Source: Caecitellus pseudoparvulus (lineage: Eukaryota; Protista; Bigyra: Bicosoecida). Taken from it: a stretch of 19,666 nt of DNA. Both the position numbers and the translations under genes were made by a program. The stretch covers positions 1 through 19,666 of the forward strand of contig CBFFRQ010000157.1 of NCBI GenBank assembly GCA_965644315.1, in the 5' to 3' direction. Shown one piece after another: positions 18,592 to 19,666 of this stretch (positions are counted from its first letter, which is position 1; each line of letters begins with the position of its first letter). A model generated the notes under the pieces. It saw only the letters and a list, made by a program, of their open reading frames with translations. It did no database searches and was not told the origin of the DNA.

Positions 18592-18729
18592 GGCGTGGTG
18601 GCTCCACTTTCCGCACCTGATCAGCCTTCGCCACCCAACTCGCCTGCACAGCGACACGGGCGTCACAGCGCAGTATCGCAAGAGTTGCCGATTCCAATGC
18701 CCAATGCAGGGGAATACAATGGATGCTAC

Positions 18730-19666
18730 TTTTGAGGCAGTCATGACAATGTCGTACCTGTTTGACCTGCACTGAGGCTGACACCAGCTCCGCCACCCTC
18801 AGTCAGAGAGTGGAGCCGTCCCTGCTGGACAGCACGAACAATTGGCCGGTCTGTGGCTTGAAAATGGTCTATGCTGCTGGGGCTGCTCGTAGCAGCAGCA
18901 TGACGTTGCGACCCTGTCGAGTGCTGGTGCCGGCCCACGCAGCATCCTTGGCTGCCTGCACAGCTGCCTCTCCAGCCTCAAGGCGTTCCTGCAGTGGGAT
19001 GGCCCGATGGCCAGTGAGGCCCAGCAGCTCCCGCAGTACATGCTTATGACCACAAAGAAGCGCATACTGGAAGCCATAGCCGGGCCTATTTTGGCGTCCC
19101 GCGTGCACGTCCACGGCTCGATGTCCGTTCAGAGCCAGCAGCTCACGCACCACATCAATGTGCCCATTCTGACAGGCAAGTCGGAAGCCAGCCTCAGGTC
19201 CAAGCCAATCTTCTGCGTGCACGTCCACCTCACGATGCCCAGTCAGGCCCAGCAGCTCAAGTGTGACGGCTATGTGGCCGTTCTCACAGGCTTTTCGGAA
19301 GCCAGCCTCAGGCCTTCCCTCAGGTCCAGCATGTACGTCCACCTCACGATGCCCCGTCAAAGCCAGCAGCTCCCGCACCACATCCAAGTGCCCGTTGGTG
19401 CAGGCTTGTCGAAAGCCTGCCTCAGCGGCAAGCCAATCTTCTCTATGAACGTCCACCTCACGATGGTCAGTCAAGGCCAACAGCTCACACACCACATCCG
19501 CATGCCCGTTCTCACAGGCAACTCGGAATCCGTACTCAGGATTGCCCTCAGGCCCTGCATGAACATCAACTTCACGATGCCCAGTCAAAGCCAGCAGCTC
19601 GCGCACGGTTTGCACATGCCCATTCGCACAAGCCTCACGGAAACCAGTCTCAGGGTAGCCATCGAG
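18730..19666. repeat. Segmental duplicate of ~14785-15720 (offset ~3946 bp)
   Basis: AGCCATCGAG ends at 15720 and 19666; spacer motif AGCTCCGCCACCCTCAGTCAGAG at 14841 and 18786. Confidence 0.85.
18869..19666 (-). CDS. Ankyrin-like repeat protein E, 5' end outside the window; close paralogue of C with a shortened tail
   Basis: Frame is open from the window edge (LDGYPETGFREACANGHVQTVRELL...) to TAG at 18869; repeats nearly identical to gene C at offset 3946. Confidence 0.88.
   Translation of the reverse strand, partial: LDGYPETGFREACANGHVQTVRELLALTGHREVDVHAGPEGNPEYGFRVACENGHADVVCELLALTDHREVDVHREDWLAAEAGFRQACTNGHLDVVRELLALTGHREVDVHAGPEGRPEAGFRKACENGHIAVTLELLGLTGHREVDVHAEDWLGPEAGFRLACQNGHIDVVRELLALNGHRAVDVHAGRQNRPGYGFQYALLCGHKHVLRELLGLTGHRAIPLQERLEAGEAAVQAAKDAAWAGTSTRQGRNVMLLLRAAPAA

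Overview
GC-rich, apparently intron-poor eukaryotic (protist-like) DNA; the taxonomy is inferred from Kozak-type starts and gene content. The window is dominated by five paralogous minus-strand genes (A-E) encoding atypical 38-aa (114-bp) ankyrin-like repeat proteins, with a shared N-terminal cap and a basic C-terminal tail. Gene A (<1-2445) is absent from the ORF track because it runs off the window. A Sel1-repeat gene (minus) and a divergently oriented two-domain glycosyltransferase-like gene (plus) lie between A and B. The ORFs 13303-14676 and 8763-11231 are two halves of one ~1228-aa gene (B), split at GHIDVV|RELL by a 2200-bp insertion (11231-13430) with no evident target-site duplication. 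The insertion has 13-bp asymmetric inverted repeats, terminal GAA-triloop hairpins, T-rich ends and an internal perfect 26-bp stem, resembling a non-autonomous Helitron2/Helentron-type element. The ankyrin arrays show combinatorial reshuffling of a few alleles at putative binding-surface positions, higher-order repeats (558 and 342 bp), a gene-pair duplication and tail exchange between paralogues, suggesting a rapidly diversifying binder repertoire. The long plus-strand ORFs over the repeats are antisense shadows.
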